Shown: positions 29,436 through 38,658 of the stretch, in pieces
Layout of the letters: the number at the start of each line of letters is the position of its first letter
Position numbering within the stretch: position 1 is the stretch's first letter
Origin: Deltaproteobacteria bacterium
GTDB lineage: Bacteria > Desulfobacterota > Dissulfuribacteria > Dissulfuribacterales > UBA3076
Assembly: GCA_003194485.1 (NCBI GenBank)
Contig: PQXD01000004.1
Location: 90,822-154,821 of the forward strand
Direction of reading: 5' to 3'
DNA length: 64,000 nt
The notes under the pieces: generated by a model
Databases searched by the model: none
What the model was told of the DNA's origin: nothing
Seen by the model: the letters and a program-made list of their open reading frames with translations, nothing else
Program-made: the position numbers and the translations under genes

Positions 29436-31005
29436 TTGTCAGTGTATTTGAGAGGCTTTCCAGCGTTGCCACGGATATTTGTTTATTTTCTATCTCCAGA
29501 TTACCAACCCATGGTCCATTTCTCTCTGCGGATGGTTCCCAGGAATACTCATGAGTTATGGAAATGTTCTCTAAAGAGGTATCCAGCATGAGGACCAGCC
29601 CCTTATCCGCACGGGACAGGACTAATACAGTCGGATTGCCTGAGGGCTGAGAGTGGCCGGAAGATGAATTCGATTTCTGCAGTACCGGAAATTCGAGTTT
29701 GATAAGCTGCGATTCTTCCTTATTCGACAGTTCCCCCTGCATCAATGACTTAAGCTTTGTCCATGGCCAGGTCTTGAGCTTCTTTAATTTAAAAGTATTT
29801 AGCTTATTAAGCCCGTTCCTGGCCCACCAGGGCGCAGTTCCAGCAAATGCTACATCTTCAGGGGCAAATGCCACTTGCTTTTGGTCCCATTGGGCAACTA
29901 CAAGTTCATTCCATGGGCAGGAAATATCCCCTGAGGTTATTTCTTCTTTTTTATCAGTTTCCATCGGAATGTCTCGGGTACGTTTAGCAGCATAATCGGG
30001 CACACCAACGGATGGCTCGTAATCGCCGGTTAAGGCCTTTTCCAGTATTCTCTTTTGTTCTTCAAGCCTGCCCTTAATATTTTCCTGAAAATGATGTAAC
30101 TTTTCCATCCCCGGAGTCCGGGCAAGGAGTCTTTCAACCGGCAAGATGTGACCTATACAGTCATCAAGGATTTTGATGTGGGATTTGACCGTATTCGCCA
30201 ATGCCTGGTACTCGGGCTCAATGGGAGCCACCTTTTCTCGCGTTCCCGCCTCTAAAACTGAATCTGCCGGCTGTTCCTGTCGGCCGGGGAATTTTTCTTT
30301 CAGGGCAGTCTCTCCGGCATCTTCGCGGGCAACTTCAGGTACCTCCATACCTATAGCTGATTCAAGCTCTTTCTTGGCGGATTTGAAGAGTTCCTCTTCA
30401 GCCTTTGTGCTCTGCTCCCCGCTCCAAGCTACGGTCTTTAAGACATCAAGGCCTCTCTGCAGGGCAACGGGTCCGGAAGTGGGCATTTTCTCAGGATGGT
30501 CTGCTATCCCTTCAAGTGTCATTGACATGAGACAGAGCAGTTCGTGAAGGTTTTTATCTGCCCCTATCTCCGGATTTTCCCGGATTGTCTCTACCAGTTT
30601 TTTGGCTGATACTACTTGTGTTTGATCAAGCTCCCACTCAAGGGCCAACAATATTTGATTGAGCTGGCTGATCTGTTGTTCCAGGTTGACAGCCTTGGTC
30701 TCCTTGTCCTCAAGCCCCAGATCAAAACCTGATCCCAGAATTTCGTCAGCGGCGATCTCCATCTGTTCAGCGGGAGCCTCCAGCTCTTTGAAATCTGGAA
30801 GCCTGATTTCTTCCGGGCGTTTTTCTTCCTGGCCTTCAACCTGAAAGGATGGCCCCTGACCTGTTTCTTCTTGCGATAAGTCTTTTACTTCACCAGTTAA
30901 TGGATCTATTTCTATCTGTCGTGATGCCTTAAACAGTTCGTCAATAGTACTTTCTACGTTTCTGGTGAAACTTTCGGGATCAGTGGTCTTTTTTGTCTGA
31001 TCCAT
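29428..31005 (-). CDS. Hypothetical acidic protein (525 aa), no domain recognised with confidence
   Basis: Long ORF with consistent coding character, E/D/K-rich and coiled-coil-like through the N-terminal 350 aa. The C-terminal ~170 aa (CPWNELVVAQWDQKQVAF...VLVLSRADKGLVLMLDTSLENI) faintly recall a CheW-like fold. Confidence 0.6.
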   Translation of the reverse strand: MDQTKKTTDPESFTRNVESTIDELFKASRQIEIDPLTGEVKDLSQEETGQGPSFQVEGQEEKRPEEIRLPDFKELEAPAEQMEIAADEILGSGFDLGLEDKETKAVNLEQQISQLNQILLALEWELDQTQVVSAKKLVETIRENPEIGADKNLHELLCLMSMTLEGIADHPEKMPTSGPVALQRGLDVLKTVAWSGEQSTKAEEELFKSAKKELESAIGMEVPEVAREDAGETALKEKFPGRQEQPADSVLEAGTREKVAPIEPEYQALANTVKSHIKILDDCIGHILPVERLLARTPGMEKLHHFQENIKGRLEEQKRILEKALTGDYEPSVGVPDYAAKRTRDIPMETDKKEEITSGDISCPWNELVVAQWDQKQVAFAPEDVAFAGTAPWWARNGLNKLNTFKLKKLKTWPWTKLKSLMQGELSNKEESQLIKLEFPVLQKSNSSSGHSQPSGNPTVLVLSRADKGLVLMLDTSLENISITHEYSWEPSAERNGPWVGNLEIENKQISVATLESLSNTLTNE

Positions 31006-31051
31006 AGATATTCTCCTTGTATTTTTTCACAACTGACCCAAGAATATTTCC

Positions 31052-31669
31052 TTAGTAACTTGTCAAAAGATGCTTTTTTGCCACGTAGCGGATGGTTCTC
31101 TTGCTTATTTCTTTAAGGGTTTCAAATACCCCTAGGCCTTTAATAGCTGCTGCCTCAAAGACATCTGTATTAAGTTCCTTGTTCAGAACTGCTTCAAGCT
31201 CTTCCCTGGTCAGCGTTGGTATGGATGTATGCACAAGATCACATTTGTTAAATTGAAAAATAATTGGAATTTTTTCCAGGGTTAGATTGTGCTCAAGGAG
31301 GTTGTGCCGCAGATCTTGGAAGCTCTCTATGTTATTTTCATAACGTACTTTAAGATAGTCGGCAACAAAGACCAGGCCATCCACACCCTTTAGAACCAGT
31401 CTCCTGGTCGCTTCATAAATAGCCTGACCAGGTACGGTATAGAGCTGTATTCTCACATCAAAGCCATTTATCTTTCCCAAATTCAAAGGAAGCAGGTCAA
31501 AAAAAAGCGTCCTGTCTCCTTTTGTTTCAATGGTCAGCATTTTACTCCGGGCTTGATGGTTCATGGCATTATATATGTAGAGCAAATTCGTAGTCTTTCC
31601 GCATCGTCCGGGACCGTAATAGACTATCTTGCAGTGTATTTCCTTTTTGCTGAGATTTATCAGGGCCAT
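31052..31669 (-). CDS. mglA: Ras-like GTPase MglA
   Basis: EIHCKIVYYGPGRCGKTTNLLYIY, DRTLFFDLLP, LYTVPGQ, LKGVDGLVFVAD and FNKCDL align along the full length of M. xanthus MglA. Confidence 0.9.
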   Translation of the reverse strand: MALINLSKKEIHCKIVYYGPGRCGKTTNLLYIYNAMNHQARSKMLTIETKGDRTLFFDLLPLNLGKINGFDVRIQLYTVPGQAIYEATRRLVLKGVDGLVFVADYLKVRYENNIESFQDLRHNLLEHNLTLEKIPIIFQFNKCDLVHTSIPTLTREELEAVLNKELNTDVFEAAAIKGLGVFETLKEISKRTIRYVAKKHLLTSY

Positions 31670-32073
31670 ATTGAATTATCTTTAGCCAAATGCTTTTCTA
31701 TGATTTTTGACAGTCTTGTTATTCTCAACCTGACCAAACCCAGAGATACATTGTCTCCAAATATTGTTACCAGAATTAATTCAGTGCCTATTCGTGCAAA
31801 GTGTATGCTGTCTTTTTTGCCTTTGTGAAACAGGAGTGCAAAGTCGTCTTCTCCTATCAGTTTTGCGATCTGCGAAGTGGCGCCGAAGTTGGCTGCCGCC
31901 AGGGCTGCCAGGGAGGTCGTGTCAAGATCGCAGGTTTTATCACCGCAAGCCGCCACCACATTGCCCGTTTCATCAATCAAGAGGACGGTATCAACGCCTG
32001 CCTTAATAAGGGTATTTTCTATCTGTATTTTGGCCTCTTCCAGGAATGAAGCGGTCAGCACTAAATCGGCCAC
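31660..32073 (-). CDS. mglB: Roadblock/LC7 domain protein MglB (MglA GAP)
   Basis: 137 aa. The Roadblock/LC7 pattern (VLLIDETGNVVA...AALAAANFGA...). Its 3' end overlaps the mglA start by 10 nt. Confidence 0.8.
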   Translation of the reverse strand: MADLVLTASFLEEAKIQIENTLIKAGVDTVLLIDETGNVVAACGDKTCDLDTTSLAALAAANFGATSQIAKLIGEDDFALLFHKGKKDSIHFARIGTELILVTIFGDNVSLGLVRLRITRLSKIIEKHLAKDNSIWP

Positions 32074-32422
32074 GTTTAAACCTCAAAAAATAAAAGGATA
32101 TCTTGTCTCAAAAAGACGGATAAACTCTCAGCTGAGACTCCCGAATTAAAGAGACTCTAATGGTATTATCGACCAGATCATTGAAGATATTAATTCTATC
32201 CCGACGCTTGCGAGGTAACTCTCAGCCACTGCTCAGGACGTAGAATAGACAGAACTTGAATTTGATAAGGGCCACAGTAAATATTCTTTCCTGCCTTGAA
32301 GCGGTTACCTTTTTCCGGGTTTCAAAGCTCACTCATTGCAGACCGAAAGAGGCAGTGCAATTTGGCCCGCGATCGAAACCCTGCAAAAGGCAAACCGCTC
32401 CTGCGGCAGGGCACGGATGGCA

Positions 32423-32627
32423 ACCGTTCACGGGAAGGGGATATTTCTTTGAACAGTTTAACGGAAGCCCCCGTAGTTTTCTTGGCTTTTGCTGTGGGGG
32501 AAACCCCGGCTCCTGAGCGCAGCGAAGGAGAACGGGGAGGGGGCAAGACTCCCCCATGTCAAAAGCCTTAAGAAAACAAGGGGCTGAAGTGTTAAGTGAA
32601 AAGAAATGTCCCCTGCCCGTGAACGGT
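32423..32627 (+). repeat. C-module copy I3 (arm type a)
   Basis: Arms ACCGTTCACGGGAAGGGGATATTTCTTT / AAAGAAATGTCCCCTGCCCGTGAACGGT. Apical hairpin at 32504-32537 with GCGCAGC at 32517-32523. Confidence 0.85.
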
Positions 32628-32644
32628 CTGCACAGTGGATTTAA

Positions 32645-32841
32645 ACTGATCACAGGGGAGCTTCTTTATGGAGACGATTTGCGTCAGCCCCGCAAGTTTT
32701 CCTGGCCTTTACAGCATGGGAAACCCCGGCTCCTGAGCGAAGCGAAGGAGAACGGGGAGGGGGCAAGACTCCCCCATGTCAAAAGCCTTAAGAAAACAAG
32801 GGGCGAGAGCATTTGGAAGAAGAAGCTCCCCTGTGACCGGT
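32645..32841 (+). repeat. C-module copy I4 (arm type b, chimeric mid-stem)
   Basis: Arms CACAGGGGAGCTTCTT / AAGAAGCTCCCCTGTGACCGGT. The left mid-stem resembles I2 (CAGCATGGGAAA) and the right mid-stem resembles I3 (CTCCCCCATGTCAAAAGCC). Apex GCGAAGC at 32737-32743. Confidence 0.8.
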
Positions 32842-32982
32842 TACCAGTGGACCACGGGTTCATAAGAATATTTACGGTCGCAAATGGAGCAGTCAGTCCT
32901 TTATTCTACCTGTTGATGTAAATGAATTTGCCGAAGTTTAGGAAGGGGGCAGAGAGATTTATGGGGTATATCTGGGGAATAG

Positions 32983-34932
32983 TTATTTTAAGAGGTCTTT
33001 CATCTTCTCGGCAAGGCTTTCGGCATCAAGGCCCTGAAGGCGGTACAGATCATCTGGCTTACCTGAAGAACCATAGTTTGTCACTCCCAGGGTAAGAAGC
33101 TGCTGGCACATGCCTGCCCCTATAAGTTCTTGCGCCACCATGGCCCCCAGGCCCGTGCATACCACATGGTCTTCAACCGTTATGAGCGGACCTTTCTTAG
33201 CTGCCTCAAGTATTGATTTCCTGTCTATGGGCTTGAGAGAAGCCATGTTGAGCACCCCTACCGACAAGCCCTGTGAATCGAGAATTGACCATGCTTCGAG
33301 GACCTGAGAGGTAACCGAGCCATAGGTGATAAAAGTGGCCTCATCACCCTGCCTTAACCAGTCTGCCCTCCCTGGCTGAAATAAATAGTCCGCATCGAAA
33401 AACGGCCTTCCGTCCATTGAAGTAATTATTGGCAACTTGGACCTTCCCATACCCACAAAGCAATTGCCTGGATTGGCAGCCACATACCGGACTATCCTGT
33501 CAGTCTGATTTGGATCTGCCGGCATGAATACGGAGAAGCCGAAGAGGTTGTTGAAAAGTCCCACATAGTCGAGACTCTGATGGGTCGGGCCGTCTTCTCC
33601 TACGTCCAGCCCCAGATGAGTAGATACTATTTTGAGATGGGTCCTGTTTAGGTCATTTAGCCGGTGCTGGTTGTAAGTCTCTGCCGCGGCAAAGACCCCA
33701 AAGGTGCTGAAGAAGCTAACCAATCCTTCTCTGCTCACCGCTCCGGCGCAGGTAGCTGCATGGTGCTCCTGTATGCCTGTTTCTATGAATGTGTTGCGGG
33801 AAACGCTGTGAAAGCCCTGCATCTTTACTGATCCCTCCAGATCACAGCTAAATCCTACGATCTTCGGAACAGAATCCGCAACATTGTTCCTTTGGGCCAG
33901 ATCCCTTAATGCTGTACCGTAAGCAGAACGGCAGTCTGTTTTGGTCCCGGGATCGTAGACAATGGGTTCTCCGGGATCAATGGATGGGAATTTTGCCTCT
34001 GGTGTCTTGCGATGCCTTTCTATTCGGTGTTCGATTCTATTCCTTGACCACAGCTCAAGTAGCCCCTGATCTTGCCCCAGTTCTCTTAATGCCGACCGGG
34101 CATCCTCGTTTGACAGCGGAGATCCATGATACTTTGCCTTATTCTCCATAAAGGAGATACCTTTTCCCATGACGGTGCGCATGACCAGGACGGTGGGTCG
34201 GCCTGTCACAAGGCGGTCATGTGTCCATGCCCTCTTCAGGGCCTTGAATACGGTCTGGAAATCATTGCCGTCAGGTACGTACAATACATTCCAGCCTGCG
34301 GAAGTATACTCATCCCTTACACGGACAGGCATTACCTCTTCGGTAGAACCTCCTATCTGCAGGTGATTTCTGTCGATTATACCAATCAGGTTCCCTTGAC
34401 CGAACTTGATTGCAAAACGTCTGGCTTCGGATATCTGCCCCTTCTGTTGTTCTCCATCGCCCATGAGGACGATTGTTTTACCCGGCCGAGCGAGGAGATT
34501 CTGGGCAAGGCATATACCCGTACCCACTGAAAGCCCCTGGCCAAGATTTCCGGTATTCCATTCAACTCCAGGCATGGTTTGTTCTATATGGCCGGCACAG
34601 GATGAGCCGGCACGACGAAACTCGCTGAGGAAATCTTCTTCTGAGAAATAACCGAATTCAGCGAGTACGCTGTAGACGCCTGGAGAGATATGCCCGATGC
34701 TTATGACCACGCGGTCACGGTCCGGCCAACCGGGTTCTGTTGGACGATGTCTGATTACGCTGTAAAGGACAAGCAGGATGTGCAGGGAGGACAGAGAACC
34801 GCCTGGATGACCGCTTCCTGCCAGTGTGGTGGAAAGGATAACGCGCGTGGCACATCTGTTCCACATAGTGTGCAGCTTGGTGATCTGTTCCTGTGTAAGT
34901 TCGTTTTGTTTTTCTATGTCTATGTGAAACAT
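32983..34932 (-). CDS. tkt: Transketolase
   Basis: 649 aa. HPGGSLSSLHIL, GDGEQQKGQ (ThDP-binding GDG), EDGPTHQSLDYV and a C-terminal transketolase domain. Confidence 0.85.
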   Translation of the reverse strand: MFHIDIEKQNELTQEQITKLHTMWNRCATRVILSTTLAGSGHPGGSLSSLHILLVLYSVIRHRPTEPGWPDRDRVVISIGHISPGVYSVLAEFGYFSEEDFLSEFRRAGSSCAGHIEQTMPGVEWNTGNLGQGLSVGTGICLAQNLLARPGKTIVLMGDGEQQKGQISEARRFAIKFGQGNLIGIIDRNHLQIGGSTEEVMPVRVRDEYTSAGWNVLYVPDGNDFQTVFKALKRAWTHDRLVTGRPTVLVMRTVMGKGISFMENKAKYHGSPLSNEDARSALRELGQDQGLLELWSRNRIEHRIERHRKTPEAKFPSIDPGEPIVYDPGTKTDCRSAYGTALRDLAQRNNVADSVPKIVGFSCDLEGSVKMQGFHSVSRNTFIETGIQEHHAATCAGAVSREGLVSFFSTFGVFAAAETYNQHRLNDLNRTHLKIVSTHLGLDVGEDGPTHQSLDYVGLFNNLFGFSVFMPADPNQTDRIVRYVAANPGNCFVGMGRSKLPIITSMDGRPFFDADYLFQPGRADWLRQGDEATFITYGSVTSQVLEAWSILDSQGLSVGVLNMASLKPIDRKSILEAAKKGPLITVEDHVVCTGLGAMVAQELIGAGMCQQLLTLGVTNYGSSGKPDDLYRLQGLDAESLAEKMKDLLK

Positions 34933-34939
34933 AAGCCAA

Positions 34940-35082
34940 TTCAGGGTTCAGGGTTCAGGGTTCAAGGTTCAAGGTTTATAGAGTTTGCTCTGGACCATAC
35001 AAGACCGCGCGACGTATCGCAGAAACCGGATGAACTCCGTCTTCATTGCTCTCTAACTGTGAACCTTGAACCTTATTCAGGG
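34940..35082. repeat. GGTTCA-repeat palindromic element filling the skp-tkt intergenic gap
   Basis: (TTCAGGG)x3 and (TTCAAGG)x2 at 34940-34975. The inverted TGAACCTTGAACC at 35060-35072 pairs perfectly with GGTTCAAGGTTCA. Confidence 0.8.
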
Positions 35083-35083
35083 C

Positions 35084-35644
35084 TTATTTTTTGTCCTTTT
35101 CCGTTTTGGATTTTACCTCATTATCGTAAGCTTTTATGACTTCGTTTGTGATATCCACATCAGAATCAATGAAATATATACCTGGCATGTTGTTTTCTAA
35201 AATGAGTGTGTATCCACCTTCCTCACCAATACGGTTCACAACCTTTTCAAGTTCCTTGAGTATTGGTTCCATTTTTTTGTTTTCTGCCTGGCGCATTTCA
35301 AACTGGGCATCGTCACTCTGGTCTTTGAAATCCCTAAGGGCCTTTTTATACTCACGTTCCTTTTCCGCCCTGGCGGCTTCATTCATCAAGGGCCCTTTTT
35401 TTTCAAGGTCTTCCTTAAATGCCTTGATCTCATCTTGTTCAGCCCTGAGCTTTTCCTTCAGACTCTCAAATTTTTTATTGAGCGCCTCCATTGCCCTTTG
35501 GCCAGCGATGGATTTTCGGACCACCTTTTGCATATTAATAACAGCTATCTTGACTTGCGGGGTTTCTTTAGCAGCTACATTACACCATAATACCGCAGTC
35601 AGCAGAAAAACCAGTACAGTTATTGAGCTTAGGCAACCTTTCAT
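35084..35644 (-). CDS. skp: OmpH/Skp family periplasmic chaperone
   Basis: A signal peptide is followed by a K/E-rich coiled coil (KFESLKEKLRAEQDEIKAFKEDLEKK). 186 aa. Confidence 0.75.
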   Translation of the reverse strand: MKGCLSSITVLVFLLTAVLWCNVAAKETPQVKIAVINMQKVVRKSIAGQRAMEALNKKFESLKEKLRAEQDEIKAFKEDLEKKGPLMNEAARAEKEREYKKALRDFKDQSDDAQFEMRQAENKKMEPILKELEKVVNRIGEEGGYTLILENNMPGIYFIDSDVDITNEVIKAYDNEVKSKTEKDKK

Positions 35645-35758
35645 AAGGCGGTTACTACCTCCTCCTGAGCCCTATTCATAACTTCCATCTCCTGTCATTT
35701 ATTGCACGCTAGCAAAACTCAAACAATATCAAGGGTTTTTAAAAGGCACTTTTTACAA

Positions 35759-35800
35759 AATAATGACCACAACGTTGCTATGCAGCGCGTGGTCATTATT
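35759..35800 (-). terminator. Possible terminator hairpin downstream of pal
   Basis: 12-bp stem AATAATGACCAC / GTGGTCATTATT with an 18-nt loop. The downstream U tract on the minus strand is weak (TTGT). Confidence 0.35.
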
Positions 35801-35826
35801 TCCGGGATAATCAGAACCTTATCAGG

Positions 35827-36393
35827 CTACTTTATTATAACAAAGTCATCCCTACGATTTTTTGCCCATGCCTCCTCATTGTGTTCTGGTGCCAGAGGCC
35901 GTTCCTCACCAAAACTCACAGTATCTATACGATCCGGATTTACACCCAGATTGACGAGATATGCCTTGGCGGCTTTTGCCCTTCTTTCTCCAAGAGCCAG
36001 GTTGTACTCATTGGTACCGCGCTCATCACAGTTGCCCTGGATTTCTATCCTGAATTCCGGATAATTAAGCAAAAACAGGGCATTGTCTTCCATCACAGGC
36101 TTCATATCGTCACGGATGTTAAAACGGTCAAAGTCAAAGTATATGGGATGCATGGGGTCGCTAGTCCTGCCCTCAGAGATAGTTTCTCCAATGCCGGCGG
36201 CAGTGCCAATTGTTTCGCTCGGGATTTTTGTTTCCCCCATGCCAACCTCGACAGTACCGGGTATTTCTTCACCTGGTCCTACGGCCGCTTCTCCGATCTG
36301 CTCGGTTGGAAGCGCTGCTTCTTCACCGACTTTTATCGATTTTTTTGCACATCCGGCAAGAAGTCCCGGGACCAGTATTAAAATCAGTGCCAT
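35827..36393 (-). CDS. pal: Peptidoglycan-associated lipoprotein (OmpA-family)
   Basis: Lipobox MALILILVPGLLAGC from ATG 36393. OmpA-like C-domain with YNLALGERRAKAAKAYL. Confidence 0.85.
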   Translation of the reverse strand: MALILILVPGLLAGCAKKSIKVGEEAALPTEQIGEAAVGPGEEIPGTVEVGMGETKIPSETIGTAAGIGETISEGRTSDPMHPIYFDFDRFNIRDDMKPVMEDNALFLLNYPEFRIEIQGNCDERGTNEYNLALGERRAKAAKAYLVNLGVNPDRIDTVSFGEERPLAPEHNEEAWAKNRRDDFVIIK

Positions 36394-36594
36394 TAAATAA
36401 TAAACTTTACCTTCCAGATTGCCCCAATACATATCCGCCTCCCGTAAAAATATTTTCTATCATAAAATACAACCAAAAAAGGTTTGCACCTGAATTCCGG
36501 AGATTGTGCTCCACTTTAGCAGAGTAGAAACAAAATTCAACCTGTTTTATTGGCATTCTCTTTGTAGTTTACACTTTTTTAACATAGACGGATG

Positions 36595-36685
36595 CCAGCC
36601 GTCAGCCGTTAGCTATTAGGTAAAAACTTTATATAAAAACGGGTTGTTAAGCTAAAAGCTGATGGCTAATCGCTCAACTTAGGTT
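36595..36685. repeat. TCAGC/TTAGC-rich hairpin repeat, related to 15031-15096
   Basis: AGCCGTCAGCCGTTAGC faces GCTAAAAGCTGATGGCT as an imperfect inverted repeat. The terminal CGCTCAACTTAGGTT is shared with the 15-kb copy. It abuts the amidase stop codon. Confidence 0.6.
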
Positions 36686-38505
36686 CAAGGAAGCCAGGCC
36701 ATCTTGGTATCACTGACATATGATTTAATTCCGTTTACAATGCCTTCGGCTACGCGGTCCAGATAGCGGTCACTTTTGAGGCGTCTTTCTTCCTTCCTGT
36801 TACTGATAAACGATACCTCAACCAGAACAGAGGGCATCCTCGCACCTATCAGGACAAAGAACGGGGCCTGTTTGACCCCTTTATTTTTTACGTTTCTATA
36901 ATTTTTCCTGAGGTTCCTTACAACCTCCCTCTGCACGTAACCTGCCAGGCGTGAGGACTCATCGACCTTTGCATTTTTCATTATGTCATTCAGGATGTTT
37001 TTGAGGTCACCTATTCTTTTAGTGGATGTAGCGTTCTCTCTTGCCGCCACCCTCATGGCCTCTTCATCCAGTGCGAAGTTTAAAAAGTAGGTCTCGATTC
37101 CACTAACTCTCCTGCTGGGAGATGCATTTGCGTGAATAGACACAAAGATATCGGCCTTTCGGGCATTGGCAATGGCAGTCCTTTGTGTAAGCGGCAGAAA
37201 ACTGTCTCTCTTTCTAGTCAAGATAACTTGACAGCCAAGATCTTTCTCCAGTCGTGCTGCCACCCTCTTTGCGATCTTGAGCACAACGTCTTTTTCCCTC
37301 AGGCCGGTGGGGCCGATGGCCCCTGGATCCTTCCCGCCGTGGCCTGCATCTATCACCACCCGTTTTACACAGAGCCCCAACTGTTGCGCGAGAGAAAGGC
37401 CGCTGCCGTTTAATCTGCCTTTTGTACTTTTACTGACTTCCAGAGACCGTGGAGGACAGGAAGCCCTCTGGAAGTAGTTCTCTCCGAAGACGTCCACCAC
37501 TACCCTGAAAGGGTCTTCAAGGTAAAAGATCTTGGTCTTATGTATCTTCCCGAGGTCAAATACCACCCGGACTGTATCAGGATTGAACTGGGCTACCCTC
37601 ACTCTCTTGAGTAGTCCATCCTGTATGGGAATATTGTCTTTGAATTTTTTTTCTATACGTGCCGGTTTAAGATCTAAATAAATACGTTCCGGAAGATGTT
37701 TTGTCTTATTGGCAGGAAGATATCCTTTATTGAAAGATACAGGGCCTGCCGTGTCAATTACTACCCTGGTGTAGTCCGAAGCAGACCAATGCCTTACCTC
37801 TTGCACTACGGCGGATTTTGCACCTGGAGCAATCCCCGGGCTGGAAAAGCCTGCATGCCCTCTTTCCTTTTGTATCGTCCACCTTGAAGGTTTTGTTTTC
37901 CGCGGCTGTTTAGGGCCCAAGATTTTCAGCCGGTCTCTGGCGTTCCTGGCCTTGTCGCCCATGGGATATTCCTCAACTATCCGCTCCCAGGCCTCTCGCG
38001 CCAGACTGACATTTCCGGTACGCTTGTAAAGTCCGCCAAGGGCATACAGGGCGTCATCTGCCAAACGGCTTTCAGGGAACCTCTCAACCAGGACCTCATA
38101 TCGCTCAATGGCCTCTCTGATATCCTTCATGGCCCCTGAATATCCATATAATTCACTGTAGCAACGGGCCATCATGAAGAGGGCCTTGGGGGCAACCTTC
38201 TTGTCGTTGGGATAGGTAAGATAGACTTTCCTGAACTTCTTAATTATACGGATCCATTTTGTTCTGTGGGTGCGGAGCCGGGGACTTCTGGCAAGACGAT
38301 CGTATTCATATTTGGCCTGACGATAGGCATATTCACCTCTGCTTACAGAAGAGGTGCTTGGCTTGGCGAGGGCATGGTCCGAAGCGATTAGCAGGGACGA
38401 CCCTGACAGGAAAACAATGATAAACAGGGATAAAAAAACACGCGGCTGGATGCAGCAGATGTTTCCGTATAGCAATATGCTCATAGTTTCAGGAAACCGC
38501 ATTCT
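36685..38505 (-). CDS. N-acetylmuramoyl-L-alanine amidase with N-terminal CpoB/YbgF-like TPR and AMIN domains
   Basis: The Amidase_3 region VVIDAGHGGKDPGA...SIHANA lies at the C-terminus. The N-terminal region shows the YbgF-like repeat pattern (ARCYSELYGY..., ALYALGGLYKRTGN). The start is uncertain: 38562 in the ORF track overlaps a repeat, with 38505 and 38484 as alternatives. Confidence 0.8.
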   Translation of the reverse strand, partial: RMRFPETMSILLYGNICCIQPRVFLSLFIIVFLSGSSLLIASDHALAKPSTSSVSRGEYAYRQAKYEYDRLARSPRLRTHRTKWIRIIKKFRKVYLTYPNDKKVAPKALFMMARCYSELYGYSGAMKDIREAIERYEVLVERFPESRLADDALYALGGLYKRTGNVSLAREAWERIVEEYPMGDKARNARDRLKILGPKQPRKTKPSRWTIQKERGHAGFSSPGIAPGAKSAVVQEVRHWSASDYTRVVIDTAGPVSFNKGYLPANKTKHLPERIYLDLKPARIEKKFKDNIPIQDGLLKRVRVAQFNPDTVRVVFDLGKIHKTKIFYLEDPFRVVVDVFGENYFQRASCPPRSLEVSKSTKGRLNGSGLSLAQQLGLCVKRVVIDAGHGGKDPGAIGPTGLREKDVVLKIAKRVAARLEKDLGCQVILTRKRDSFLPLTQRTAIANARKADIFVSIHANASPSRRVSGIETYFLNFALDEEAMRVAARENATSTKRIGDLKNILNDIMKNAKVDESSRLAGYVQREVVRNLRKNYRNVKNKGVKQAPFFVLIGARMPSVLVEVSFISNRKEERRLKSDRYLDRVAEGIVNGIKSYVSDTKMAWLP

Positions 38506-38540
38506 TTTTATCTTTTTACTCAAGTTATCATTTAAGTGAT

Positions 38541-38658
38541 GATTCTGCTGAAAATACACCATCTGCTGCGTTGCTTCAATTTCATCGCCATTGCGGCATA
38601 CACTGAGTACACCTCATTCCTTGGGAATCTCACGCCTTGCATCCGAAGTATTTTGATC
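38541..38658. repeat. R124 family repeat, copy 2 (reverse orientation, 3' end degenerate)
   Basis: GATTCTGCTGAAAATACACCATCTGCTGCGTTGCTTCAATTTC... aligns with the reverse complement of 6805-6928 over almost its full length. Confidence 0.8.

Larger units (their letters stand above)
32277..32875 (-). mobile_element. O-element copy 4 (reverse orientation) carrying two tandem nested C-modules; left end internally deleted
   Basis: Begins GTAAATATTC joined directly to TTTCCTGCCTTGAAGCGG, so it lacks about 16 nt present at 17827-17842. Ends GGGTTCATAAGAATATTTAC at 32875. Confidence 0.8.

Noticed and set aside
33102-33118. Other TGGCAC hexamers (33102, 17237, 21766, 40509) as additional sigma-54 promoters.
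   Set aside because: None has a GC dinucleotide at the required 10-nt spacing with a TTGC-like -12 box, and all lie inside coding sequence.
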